Below are positions 20,403 to 30,023 of a DNA stretch of 64,000 nt, in pieces (within the stretch, counting starts at the first letter, position 1; every line of letters starts with the position of its first letter). Made by a program: the position numbers and the translations under genes. The notes beneath the pieces were generated by a model, which was not told the origin of the DNA, did not search any database, and saw nothing but the letters and a program-made list of their open reading frames with translations. The DNA lies in assembly GCA_963662545.2 (NCBI GenBank), contig CAXXLL010000002.1, positions 1,728,001-1,792,000 on the forward strand, given 5' to 3'. The stretch comes from Gammaproteobacteria bacterium (GTDB lineage: Bacteria; Pseudomonadota; Gammaproteobacteria; Ga0077536).

Positions 20403-20436
20403 CAGCTGCGCGATGAGACCCATTATCGCGCAACTG
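20403..20436. other. lox-like site 3 (13-8-13)
   Basis: CAGCTGCGCGATG-AGACCCAT-TATCGCGCAACTG, same arms as site 1. Confidence 0.55.
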
Positions 20437-21329
20437 GAACGCCGCGACTTAAAGCTGGCGGCCCTTGATGGCGCACGTGAGAGCGTGCCCCCGTGCCATT
20501 GACTGTGTTGCTCCGCACTTACCACCGCCCCCGCAGCCCATGGTACCGTGGCCCGGTCCATTGATTCCGGGCACCGGGCGGCGGCCTCCCGCCCATCGAA
20601 GCGCCACTATTTGCCACAGTGTCCTTTTTAGAAGTAACTCGCGGCTCGATCGGTTTCGAAGCGGTGCTGAGACGAGGTGGCGCGATGGGGTGCTTATGTG
20701 CCCGCAGCGGCTTGAGGCAATCCATCACCGGTGCCTCCAACGTGTCTCTACAGCGTCGCTATCCCCAACTCGGGGCCGCAATGGACGGTCCATCCCAGCA
20801 TGAAGGTCGCTTCGTGTTTCTTGACGTCGGCCAGGACGCTGGCGAGGCGTTGATGGCAGGTCACGGCGATTGATGCCTTCGATCTCGACGGCGACGAGGT
20901 GTGCGGCCAGCGACGTCGAAGCGCCATGGGTGTTTCGGGTCCAAGCGGTTCTCCGGGATGGATTTCAGCAGAGCGGTGCGTTCAAGCCCAAGCTCGAAGA
21001 CTTCCTCACGGCCGCCTTTTTTCATGCGCAGTCGCCCACCTCGGGGGCCGGGTGACCTCGGTCTGTTGTCACCCGCTTTTCGTCAGCGGTCGGCGGCATA
21101 CTTTCGCAAGGGCTCATTGTTGCGACATCCTCGCACCATGCCCACCCCTATCACGTAGTTCAACTTGATAAACACGGAACGTTAAGGTTGTCTGACGTCA
21201 GCGTTTATGGGACAGATTGAGACGCAGCGAGACGTTATGAACGGTCGCTTGTGCGGTCGATGTCCATGCGGCCGGGTGGCGCCCGCTCCAGGACCTGTCG
21301 TCCGCCTACTCCGCCGGCGGAGTCCAGAC

Positions 21330-21460
21330 GCCAGGCCCGCTTCGCGCGCACGATACAGGTGGGTCGACACCGCGGCTGTGCCGATGTTCAGCCCGTCCGT
21401 CACCGCTCGTCTCGATAGGCGCTGCAGGCAACCGAAGCGCAGGATCCTTTCCGTATATCC
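21330..21460 (-). pseudogene. IS21 IstA N-terminal HTH remnant
   Basis: ILRFGCLQRLSRRAVTDGLNIGTAAVSTHLYRAREAGL. Confidence 0.5.
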
Positions 21461-21659
21461 TTCACCGTTGTTCGCCTCGTCTGCTGCTGTCTCAGCGTGC
21501 TGCCTCACGGCAAAAGCCGAAGGGCCATCCAAACAGCACCAGCGAGATCCAAGCGTCGGAGGGTACCGCGACGCTGTCCGGGACTTGCCGAAATCACTGT
21601 CCGGGACTCTGTGACAACCGCGCAATACGATGTGGATCCGCCACCCGCTTAGACCCGGC

Positions 21660-21869
21660 TTCTGATCCAGACGACCGTGTCGACGATGTGAGCCGTTTCG
21701 GCGACGCCGGCATCGGGCGTACAGTCGGGGTTGGCGAAGCGGGGCTACAGCCTGGTCGGCCCGTCGCCGCGCGCACCGTCTCAATGCGCTGGACCATCAG
21801 CCCGCTCCCATCCCACAGCACGAACAAATCGCCGGTGGCGGGTAACCGCCGGGGGACATCGACCGCCAA
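21660..21869 (-). pseudogene. S24-peptidase (CI/LexA-like repressor) C-terminal remnant
   Basis: VPRRLPATGDLFVLWDGSGLMVQRIE then, after a frameshift, RLANPD..AHIVDTVVWI. Confidence 0.65.
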
Positions 21870-21995
21870 CCGGATGGCCCTCCAGCGCGATCTTCGCCTT
21901 CACCTCTCCTGAACACCTAGGTCTCCTATTCATCGCGTATGTGTCCGGTCCGGGGAATACTCGTTCATGACCTGCCCGATTTTCCGGGGCCACCT
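21870..21995 (-). mobile_element. IS3-family end/orfA remnant
   Basis: MNRRPRCSGEVKAKIALE and abutting TG-starting ends near 21968. Confidence 0.45.
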
Positions 21996-22049
21996 TACTT
22001 CCGGGATTCGGTCAGTGCCTCGGTCAAGCGCAGAATCGTTCCAACCGGA

Positions 22050-22155
22050 CCTATTGGCCACCGTTGCCACCGTATGCGTATATATATGGCGTCTGAACTT
22101 CAGAACCGTGCCCATATAAGGATTACGGTGGCCAACGGTGGCCAACGGTGGCAGC
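22050..22155. repeat. Iteron-like GGTGGCCAAC repeats (3 direct, 2 inverted) around a TATATA tract
   Basis: Located immediately downstream of the Prim-Pol/VapE stop. Confidence 0.65.
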
Positions 22156-22164
22156 GCCGGCCAC

Positions 22165-24105
22165 TCACTGCAGCGCCCAGACCATTAAGCGTTGCCCATC
22201 AACGCGCTCCCGCCGCTTGACGAAACCGGCCGTAGTGAGTGCCGCGCCGAGCCGGTGCTGATCGCGCATCGAAAGCCGTGCTTCGCGACCGGCTTCGGCG
22301 ATCCGACACCCAACGGCGGCTGCGGCCAAGGTGAATGACTTCGGCGCGGTCGGCAGCCAGTTCTCCAAGGCGTCTTCAAGGATGTCGTCACGCCGCCGCA
22401 CCTGCTCGTTCGTCGCTGACTGCGCTTCATGGAGGTTATCCGGCAGCCGCGCCTCGACACCATCGCGGTACGCCGCTAACGCTTCAGCCCAGAGTTGTTC
22501 CCGGCGTTCGTTCAAGTAGGCGCGAAGCACCGTTGGATCGCCGCCTCGCAGGACGACCGATACGAAGCGGCGGTTCCCCGATGGATCGTTGGGTAAGCAA
22601 GTCGGGTCGTTGCTGGTTCCGACTATGATGCAGCGCCGCAGCGCGGTCTCGGGGTTACGGCGGTAGGCCAGCCTCACGACCCCGTCATCCGTTCGGGATA
22701 GAAACGATTTCAGCGATTCGAGTTCTGCCCGTGTCGAGCCGGCCATCTCCGCCACTTCGACGATGACGCGCGATTGCAGCGCTTCGGTGCGGGTCTTGGG
22801 ATCTGCCGCCAAGTGCAGCCCGTCGGCAAACCAGTCGGGACGCTCCAGAGGCAGCGCGCAGCGAAGCGCAGTGGATTTGCCACAGCCCTGCGGGCCTATC
22901 AGGACCGGCATTTCGTCCATCTTCGTTCCGGGCTCGAACGCGCGCCAGACCGGTCCCAGGAAGACGAAGCGCGCCGCCCAGGCGGTTAGCGGGCAGTTCG
23001 GATCCGTCTCGAAGACCTCGTTCAGCCATCCGTCTAGCCGGGACGTGCCGTCCCAAGGGGACTGAGCCTGAACCCAGTCGAGGAAGGGATCGGTCTCCGC
23101 ATCGGCAAGCAGAGCATTCAAGCTCCGCTGCCACGTCTCTCGCCCGAAACGCAGCGGCGCGTGTTTCTCGCCCGTCACGTACCGATTCGCGATTGTTTCC
23201 TGTATGCGCGCCTCGGTCCGGTCGTTCGCCTCGCGCCAGTCGTCAGCGGTCTCGCGGAACTCATGGTGCCTGGAGCGCACGTTGAAGCGCCACGCAATGC
23301 CAAGCCCGGTGAGCGCGGCGGCCAAGCCGTCGGCGTTTCTCGGCTGCTGCCGCTTCGCTGCCGCACTCGCCAAGGTGGTCTCGACTTCGCCTGCCGGTAG
23401 TCCAGCATCAATTGCCGCATCGCGGAAAGTGTCCCAGTCGAGCGTGCCGTCTATCGCGGCCTTGAACGCCTCGCGATTGAGCGTGTCGTTGCGGGTGCCA
23501 ATGGGCGCGGTTCGTACGGCTTCTGGCCCGCGCTTACCCTGGGTCGTCGGCCTCGGCAACCGGCCGGGGTCGGCCGGTTGCGCATCATCGAAGTGTTGCG
23601 CCAGCCCGTCCGCGAGTGTCGCTGCATCCCACAGAACCACGAATCCGCGTGAGCCGCGAATGTCACCGCCCGCATCGCCCAGGCTCCACTTGCGGTTGCC
23701 GATGTCCCCAGCAGCCGCTCGATACCAGGCATGAAAGCTGCCTGGCCGTTGGGTTGCGATCACCGCGACCGGCTTGCCCAAGACGCCACGCACCGCTTCG
23801 AGGCCGTTCTCTCCGCCTTGATCGATGTCAACCACGAAGCACCCCAAGCTGGCCGGGATAACGCCTACCAGGCCGCCGCCCTTCACGTGTCTCTCGACCT
23901 TCGAGAAGTCGGGCCGCGTCTTCTGCCATTTCCTTGAGATGGGCTGCTTGTCGGCCGTGGCGATGACGAAATGTGCGCCGCTGTCACGCAACGCCTGAAG
24001 CGCGGTATGCATTTCTACATCCTCACGTCGACGTAAATGGTCTTGAGCGGTCATTGGTATCCGGACGCGGTCAGTCGGACTCGACCTCAACGAGCTCGTA
24101 GACAT
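22165..24105 (-). CDS. Bifunctional Prim-Pol + VapE-family helicase (start probably ~24054)
   Basis: VVDID, HAWY, GDIRG, RNDTLN (Prim-Pol/PriCT); GPQGCGKST, GTSN and DPSGNRRF (VapE). Confidence 0.88.
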   Translation of the reverse strand: MSTSSLRSSPTDRVRIPMTAQDHLRRREDVEMHTALQALRDSGAHFVIATADKQPISRKWQKTRPDFSKVERHVKGGGLVGVIPASLGCFVVDIDQGGENGLEAVRGVLGKPVAVIATQRPGSFHAWYRAAAGDIGNRKWSLGDAGGDIRGSRGFVVLWDAATLADGLAQHFDDAQPADPGRLPRPTTQGKRGPEAVRTAPIGTRNDTLNREAFKAAIDGTLDWDTFRDAAIDAGLPAGEVETTLASAAAKRQQPRNADGLAAALTGLGIAWRFNVRSRHHEFRETADDWREANDRTEARIQETIANRYVTGEKHAPLRFGRETWQRSLNALLADAETDPFLDWVQAQSPWDGTSRLDGWLNEVFETDPNCPLTAWAARFVFLGPVWRAFEPGTKMDEMPVLIGPQGCGKSTALRCALPLERPDWFADGLHLAADPKTRTEALQSRVIVEVAEMAGSTRAELESLKSFLSRTDDGVVRLAYRRNPETALRRCIIVGTSNDPTCLPNDPSGNRRFVSVVLRGGDPTVLRAYLNERREQLWAEALAAYRDGVEARLPDNLHEAQSATNEQVRRRDDILEDALENWLPTAPKSFTLAAAAVGCRIAEAGREARLSMRDQHRLGAALTTAGFVKRRERVDGQRLMVWALQ

Positions 24106-24619
24106 CCGGGTGGTTCCGGGCCATGCGCCGTGCCTTGTCTATGTCGGCGAGCGGCTGGATGTCACCGGGGCCGTGCCATATGAGGCCGGTCCTATACAAT
24201 CCATCGGCGTACCAGGACCGCCGACCAAGGTAGCGGATCGCCACCGCAGGCTGGGCCGGCTCGGCTGTCGGCACCGGCTCGGCAGGGACCGTCGCCCGCA
24301 CACCGTTGACTGCACCGCACACCGGACAGTGCCTGGACTTCGAGGCCACCACGCGATACATCCACGGGCCCTGGTAGCCGCGACGCCGTTTCTCGATGTC
24401 TCCGGTTTGCTGTAACCATCGGCGCGCCCGGTTCAGCGCGGCACGGCTCACGCCGGTCTTCGAACGCGCCAACTCAATCGCGCGCGCCGACACCCAGCCG
24501 GCGGCGTCCAAGCAGCTGCCCGCCTCCAAGTGCGACAGCAGCCACGCACTCGCGCGTTCAAGTGCGGTGCGCGTGCCTCCCTGATTCGACAAGGCCCTCA
24601 TTTCGGTGTACTTCATCAA
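24071..24619 (-). CDS. Hypothetical protein (wHTH-like, CxxC, phage-like C-terminus)
   Basis: RBS AGGAG; overlaps the next gene; CPVCG. Confidence 0.65.
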   Translation of the reverse strand: MMKYTEMRALSNQGGTRTALERASAWLLSHLEAGSCLDAAGWVSARAIELARSKTGVSRAALNRARRWLQQTGDIEKRRRGYQGPWMYRVVASKSRHCPVCGAVNGVRATVPAEPVPTAEPAQPAVAIRYLGRRSWYADGLYRTGLIWHGPGDIQPLADIDKARRMARNHPDVYELVEVESD

Positions 24620-24695
24620 TGGTGCTCCTATGATGTTCGTTCAGGCATGGGTGCACGTGTCTCTCCACCCGCGCGCGCAGAAATGCGGGCGAAAT

Positions 24696-26411
24696 TCAGC
24701 ATCCTGCTTCGGGTGAGCCGGATAGCCAAATCAAACGCTGGCCGCTTTTCTGCCATTCAACCGTTATCCCGATCTGCCGCAGCGCCGGGGTGAGGCGGTC
24801 CAGGCGTTGGCTCAACCATTGCGCATTGCCGGGCCACCCCCGGGTCTTCGCCACACTCTCACCGACGCGTCGGGTTAGTTCACGGTACAGCTGGGTCGCT
24901 GTCCCTTCCCAGACCTGACCCCGCCTCTTTCGCATCAGGTCGCAGATCGCACCGGCGACCGGGCTGGCCTCAATCACCGTCGTAACGGCACCCTCACGAT
25001 TACGTTCATACGCATGCAGGAACGCGCCCTCGGCGAACACGCCGGGCTCGCAAGCCACGACCCACTTGGCGAAGTCCGCCATCCGCGGCAGCGCTTCGAT
25101 CTGCACCGTCGCAAGCCGAGCCAGCCCCACGACCATCGCGTCGAGCAGCGCACCAAGGATCTGTGGTCGCACACGCTCAAAGTCGGCCCACAATTCGGAC
25201 TCGGGCTTACGCTCTGTTTTCTGGATGGCCTTGAGCGTCAGGACCAGTGCCCGGTCTGCCAAATCACCCCGCGTCACGACTGCATCGATACTGTTCAAGA
25301 TCACGGGGCGTGCCGCGCTGATCACGCTCTCCTCGTCGTCGGTGTACAACTTGCGCGCCGCGAACCCGGCCCCCGTCGAGAGCCGGCACAGCGCATCCGA
25401 CAGCCACGCAGGAACCGTGCTCAGGTTGTCGAACGCGAGCACGTGCGCGTTCCAGGCGGCGATGAACAGTTCGTGTTCATTGCGCGGCGGTGCGCGGAGC
25501 GCCGCCTCATGCGGGTCGACGAGGGCACGCAGCATCTGCGCGCACGTGCTCTTGGCCGACCCTTGCTCACCCGTCAGCACCAGCACCGGATACGGGCCGG
25601 TCGGGCGGAGTGCCGCCAAGAGGCAGGCTACGGCGAGGTTGAAGTCATCCTCGCTGGCCAGATTAAGAAACCCTCGGAGGGCTTCGATCTGCCCACCGCG
25701 TTCGGGCTCGGGCAGTGCGCGCATATGTCGCCTGCGGACGAATCGCACCGCCGGACGATCAACGCAGCGCCACCCGGTGGCGTCGATCTCGATGGCCTGC
25801 CAGGCGGCATTGCAGAGGTCGAGATACAGCCGGCCGGCCTCGGAGCCAACACGACGATAGACCTTGCGCGTCGGTCCTCGAAACTGTGCCTGCGCCGCGA
25901 TCGTGCCAATCGCCGTTTGCAACGCCTCGTTGGTCGGCGCGCCGCCGTCAGATGCTTCGAAGTATTGCGCCCGAAGCCACGCGTTGAAGCCGTACGAATC
26001 TACCGGCCACGTTTCATGGTGCCCGTCGTGTTCAAACTCGGCGAACGCCTCCTCCCCGTGGTGAAACAGAGTGCAGTCGCGCTCGGCCAGGTCGACCAGC
26101 CGACTGGCTTGCGTTATGCGCTTCTTATGGCCCAGCTCGGCCGGGCGGGTCTGGCGGTCAAGCTCCGTGACCGGCACACCGAGAGCCTTGAGCAGTTGCC
26201 GCAGTCGCGCCCAAGTGGGGGAGTCCCCGGCGCGTAGTTTCTTGAGACACTCGATGGCCGTAGCCTCGAAAGGCGCGCCTGGGTCCAGCCTCGAACGTTT
26301 GACGAGCGCCACCCAGTCTTCAGGCAACCGGTCGAGCATCGCGAGCATCGCGGCCTCGCGTTGCGCGTCAGCGATGCTCAGCGTGTCGACATCCTTTCTC
26401 GACCCGCTCAT
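24696..26411 (-). CDS. P-loop ATPase / replicative helicase of a mobile element
   Basis: GEQGSAKST Walker A, FDNLS Walker B, ARKLYTD and DLADR. Confidence 0.85.
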   Translation of the reverse strand: MSGSRKDVDTLSIADAQREAAMLAMLDRLPEDWVALVKRSRLDPGAPFEATAIECLKKLRAGDSPTWARLRQLLKALGVPVTELDRQTRPAELGHKKRITQASRLVDLAERDCTLFHHGEEAFAEFEHDGHHETWPVDSYGFNAWLRAQYFEASDGGAPTNEALQTAIGTIAAQAQFRGPTRKVYRRVGSEAGRLYLDLCNAAWQAIEIDATGWRCVDRPAVRFVRRRHMRALPEPERGGQIEALRGFLNLASEDDFNLAVACLLAALRPTGPYPVLVLTGEQGSAKSTCAQMLRALVDPHEAALRAPPRNEHELFIAAWNAHVLAFDNLSTVPAWLSDALCRLSTGAGFAARKLYTDDEESVISAARPVILNSIDAVVTRGDLADRALVLTLKAIQKTERKPESELWADFERVRPQILGALLDAMVVGLARLATVQIEALPRMADFAKWVVACEPGVFAEGAFLHAYERNREGAVTTVIEASPVAGAICDLMRKRRGQVWEGTATQLYRELTRRVGESVAKTRGWPGNAQWLSQRLDRLTPALRQIGITVEWQKSGQRLIWLSGSPEAGC

Positions 26412-27361
26412 CGACCATCCCTCCTGTCGGCGAAGTCACCGCCGGCACGGGGCGCCACGATCGTGACGCGCCGCCCCTCGGCCTCCAGCCGTTCTGCGAG
26501 CGCCGCCGCCGCTTCGAGTCCGGGTGCGTCACGGTCAGCAGCAATGACCACTTCGCGGACGGCCTCGGGCACGACCAGCGCGCGTAGTGCAGCGGTCCCG
26601 AGCGCGACCCAGCCGGGCAGATCGAGCCGCTGCATGGCCGCCGCAGTCGACTCGATACCCTCGCCGACGAGCAGCACCCCGTTCGCCGGCTCGGCGAGTC
26701 GGACCGCACCGCCGGTGAGCCGTCCGAGACTCGCACGAACCGGCTGGACCGAAGCCTTGTGCGGCCCCTGCAGGTAGGTACGCTGAATGCCGAGAAACCG
26801 CCCTCCACAGTCCTGCACGCACGCCACCAGAGAGGGAAAAAACACGTAGGGCGGGTGCGGATGGCGAAGCCGCGGGTGAAATCGCAGCGCCCGTGCGCCG
26901 GCCACCTCCACACCGCGACCGCACATATATTCCTCGGCGAGTGAACCCCGCAGCGGGCGGGTTTCCTTCCATATCTGGTACGCGCGTGCCTGCTTGTCCC
27001 GTGTCTCGCGAGCATCAGCGCCACGCGTCGTCACGGCTCGCGGACCATGCTCCTGAGCGGGGACAGACCGTCCGGACAGGAAACCGTGTGCGGAAAGCCA
27101 AGCCAGCGCTTCACACCGGTTGCCGCCGCGTTCACGCTGTACCAGGTCGAGCACACCGCCGCCCTCACTGGCCTCATGGTCGCGAAACCTACCGCCGTAC
27201 GGGCCCGCGATGTGCACCGCGAGGCTGCCCCGGCGTCCGTAGCGTAATTCGCGCTCATTCGACAATGCCGCGTTCGGCTCGCCCAGCAAGGCAATCGCCA
27301 CCGCGCCGATAAGGGCGGACCAGTCGAGCGGCCCTACCGGGCCGGTCATGCACTCGCCCAC
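26408..27361 (-). CDS. TOPRIM-domain primase (P4 alpha-like N-terminus)
   Basis: GIQRTYL, VGEGIES and AADRD..G TOPRIM motifs. Confidence 0.88.
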   Translation of the reverse strand: MGECMTGPVGPLDWSALIGAVAIALLGEPNAALSNERELRYGRRGSLAVHIAGPYGGRFRDHEASEGGGVLDLVQRERGGNRCEALAWLSAHGFLSGRSVPAQEHGPRAVTTRGADARETRDKQARAYQIWKETRPLRGSLAEEYMCGRGVEVAGARALRFHPRLRHPHPPYVFFPSLVACVQDCGGRFLGIQRTYLQGPHKASVQPVRASLGRLTGGAVRLAEPANGVLLVGEGIESTAAAMQRLDLPGWVALGTAALRALVVPEAVREVVIAADRDAPGLEAAAALAERLEAEGRRVTIVAPRAGGDFADRRDGR

Positions 27362-27364
27362 GGC

Positions 27365-27610
27365 TCATGCCTCCCTCATCGTCGGCTCCACCACGTGCGC
27401 ATCGAGCCATGCGTTGAGATCGGAACCGAGATACAAAATGCGATTCCCGAATTTCCGATAACGAGGTCCGCGCCCCATCCAGCGCCAGGTGGCAAGCGTG
27501 CCGCGTGTGGCGATGATGGACAGCGCCGGGTCATTCGAGCGATAGTAGTGGTTGTCCTCAAAGTGCGTGCTCGGCGCGCTTTTCGGCCGAGGAGCGTTCT
27601 GTTCATCCAT
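27365..27610 (-). CDS. AlpA/excisionase-like HTH protein
   Basis: TLATWRWMGRGPRYRKFGNRILY..SDLNAWL; RBS GGAGGA. Confidence 0.85.
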   Translation of the reverse strand: MDEQNAPRPKSAPSTHFEDNHYYRSNDPALSIIATRGTLATWRWMGRGPRYRKFGNRILYLGSDLNAWLDAHVVEPTMREA

Positions 27611-27909
27611 CGCGGTGTTCCTCCTTCAAAGGGATACCGTGCGTTATCCAGGATTTTGGATTTGCCGTCATGGGGCACAATTCCCCATGACGGCTGGGCT
27701 AGGTTTCGCGCCGGAAATCTGCCGGGTTCAGCGTGTCTGGATCTCCTGATGGAGTCTCTCGCAGAGAGCAGGACGCGCCTCGCCGGTGAATCCGCCGCAT
27801 ATGGAGCATGTTCCGGCGGCTGAACCGAGGAACGAGGGTCCTTCAAGAATCCTGTGGTCGCGTCGACTGAACAGCTTTTTGCCGGGCGCGGGAAGGCTTA
27901 ACCGTGCGT

Positions 27910-27980
27910 CCATATTGCGCCCACCCTCGACACCGTTTGGGGCGCTTAGGGCGCAATGGGCGCAATGGGCGCAATTAAAC
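27910..27980. repeat. Iteron-like GGGCGCAAT repeats
   Basis: Three tandem copies at 27949-27976 plus an inverted ATTGCGCCC at ~27914. Confidence 0.55.
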
Positions 27981-28302
27981 ACCCCGTCTCGGGCCCGGCG
28001 GACAGTGCGAGGCGCCGCCACCGGCCATCCGGTTCCCGACGCCTCCGGCACTTTGAACTTGACTGGTAAGCCCGCTTTCATCGAAGAATTCGGCGGACCT
28101 GCACGTAGACGGCCTGGGGCGATTCGGGTATTGCAAGACGCATCGAAGGGAGGTTCCACCGCAAGAGCGACCGCAAAGAGGGCCCTCAACGGCGGGACGC
28201 GGTCACCCCCTCAACTCGGGTCTCATCCGTCGAAAGGCTTGCTGTGGAGTCGTCCCGGGGCCTCGGGTGGGGCGCGGCGTCGCGCGTGTTCAGCCTTGCG
28301 GT

Positions 28303-29286
28303 TCAGGCAGCGCTTGCCAACTGAGCTCGGGCCGTTTCAAGCGCCTTGCGTTTCAAGTCATAGCCGCGCCCGAACCACACGCGTTCCAAACGTGCATCTC
28401 GGGTCATTTCACGGGTGCGCCGATAGTCTTCATCTCGGACGACCGCGTTATAGAGCGCCCAGAGCGTCTCGCGTGTCGCCGACGGCGTGACGGTTTCATC
28501 ATCAAGTATCTGCTTCACGCGCCCCCACCGCGTAGGTTCCAGACCTTGGGTCTTCTGCCGGCGAGTCCTCGGAAACAGCGTCTCTAGATAACCGTCTACC
28601 GCTGCGGGCGCCATGCCGCGCTCTGCCATGCGAGCGAACAGGGATTCGGCCTCAGCAAATACCGCATCGGAGAGACGCTTCAATGCTTGCGCTTGGGCTT
28701 TTTTCAGATTGTGGCGGATATTTCGGGTATGACGGACGGATACGACCCCTGTCCCGTCCGCCTGTGCGAGGCTCAGGGTATTTTGGCAGACGACTCGGAC
28801 CGGCGTGAAACGCACAGTAACAGCGCTCGACCCGTCATGGGAGTTGGACAGCAGCAGGAAGCGATCGATAGGGTCGTCCCCATGGATGACCATGTGTTCC
28901 GACAGCCGTGCCAGCGCCCAAACCCGCTCGCCGTTGCCCAACGCGCCCGCTGTGTGGAACTCGGCCCAACCATTGTCAATGAAGGGTTCGAAGAATGTGA
29001 ACGCATCCACGTTCTGAAGCGGCTCATACTCCTTGCTGACGATGGCGAGCGCGACCGCCTCGGTCTCGTCACCCACCGGGTCACGCAGCACGATGTACCG
29101 ATCATGGATGCGCCGCGGAGCGAGCAGCCGTGCGCCTGGGGCGGGCTCTTTTTGAACCTGCCAATCCAGATTGGCCGCGCACATCATCTGCTCGGCTCTG
29201 ACGTGTGATTCAACCGCCGTGCCGAGACGGTGCCACGGTGTCTCGCCCACGAACGCCATGCTGCCCTGGAAAAGGTCATGTCCCAT
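28303..29286 (-). CDS. DUF932 (TIGR03299-like) protein
   Basis: PWHRLG, YEPLQN, AGALGNGERVW, NSHDGS, TPVRVVCQNTL and RHT. Confidence 0.9.
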   Translation of the reverse strand: MGHDLFQGSMAFVGETPWHRLGTAVESHVRAEQMMCAANLDWQVQKEPAPGARLLAPRRIHDRYIVLRDPVGDETEAVALAIVSKEYEPLQNVDAFTFFEPFIDNGWAEFHTAGALGNGERVWALARLSEHMVIHGDDPIDRFLLLSNSHDGSSAVTVRFTPVRVVCQNTLSLAQADGTGVVSVRHTRNIRHNLKKAQAQALKRLSDAVFAEAESLFARMAERGMAPAAVDGYLETLFPRTRRQKTQGLEPTRWGRVKQILDDETVTPSATRETLWALYNAVVRDEDYRRTREMTRDARLERVWFGRGYDLKRKALETARAQLASAA

Positions 29287-29992
29287 CTTGCTGTTTCCTG
29301 GCCCTGTGTCGGTTTGCCTGCGTACCCTTCCGTCGCTTCCAAACCGTCTCGACCGTCGTATATGTCAAGCCGCGCGCTTTCGCGACCGCATCGCACGCGG
29401 AATGCAACGAACTCACTTCATTGCGCGCCGGCTTCATGCCCAGGCTTTGCAAATGCCCGATCACCGTGACAATACTCGTATTGCGAACCTCATCTGTGCG
29501 TGGATCGCACCGACCTATCGGGCGGTTGAGGTGCCCGCTTGCCAGCCGTTGGACGATCTCAACGGTGAGCGGATGATCCTTCTGCGCCTGAGCTGCGATT
29601 GTTTCGAGCGCCTCCTGCGTCCAAAACCGGTCCCACTTACTCTCTTTTTCGTCTTGCCAGACTTCAAGCAACTCTCGGATGCGGTCTTCTATCAGCATTT
29701 CTCGCCCATCCACCTCCACCATGCAGTGTGAAATGAGTGCGGCAACGGCCAAAGCCTCAGGGTGTTCAGGGTTAGGCCACTGGTATCGTTTCACAAGCGC
29801 GACGGCCTCTTCGAAGGATGGACACAGACGCTCTTCTTCCCAGCGCGTCTGGAGTCTTGTTAACTCCAACAGGTACTCGGACAGCCTCCTACCAATTTCG
29901 TGCAGGTTTGTGTCCGGGCCGTAGACGTTTTGCGCAGCCGCCGCTAAGGCCTGCTCATCGATCGCTTCTGGGCAGGTTTCCTTGTCGCTCAT
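29276..29992 (-). CDS. Hypothetical protein
   Basis: ATG with GGAGGA RBS just after the integrase; overlaps the DUF932 start. Confidence 0.7.
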   Translation of the reverse strand: MSDKETCPEAIDEQALAAAAQNVYGPDTNLHEIGRRLSEYLLELTRLQTRWEEERLCPSFEEAVALVKRYQWPNPEHPEALAVAALISHCMVEVDGREMLIEDRIRELLEVWQDEKESKWDRFWTQEALETIAAQAQKDHPLTVEIVQRLASGHLNRPIGRCDPRTDEVRNTSIVTVIGHLQSLGMKPARNEVSSLHSACDAVAKARGLTYTTVETVWKRRKGTQANRHRARKQQDGT

Positions 29993-30023
29993 CGAACCAT
30001 CCTCCGTCGTGTATCGGGCGCCG

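Noticed and set aside
20600-21180. Possible BRO/antirepressor remnant
   Set aside because: Only a few suggestive residues and no coherent frame, so it cannot be supported.
25014-26237. 407-aa plus-strand ORF
   Set aside because: Antisense shadow of the helicase gene in high-GC DNA, with no motifs.
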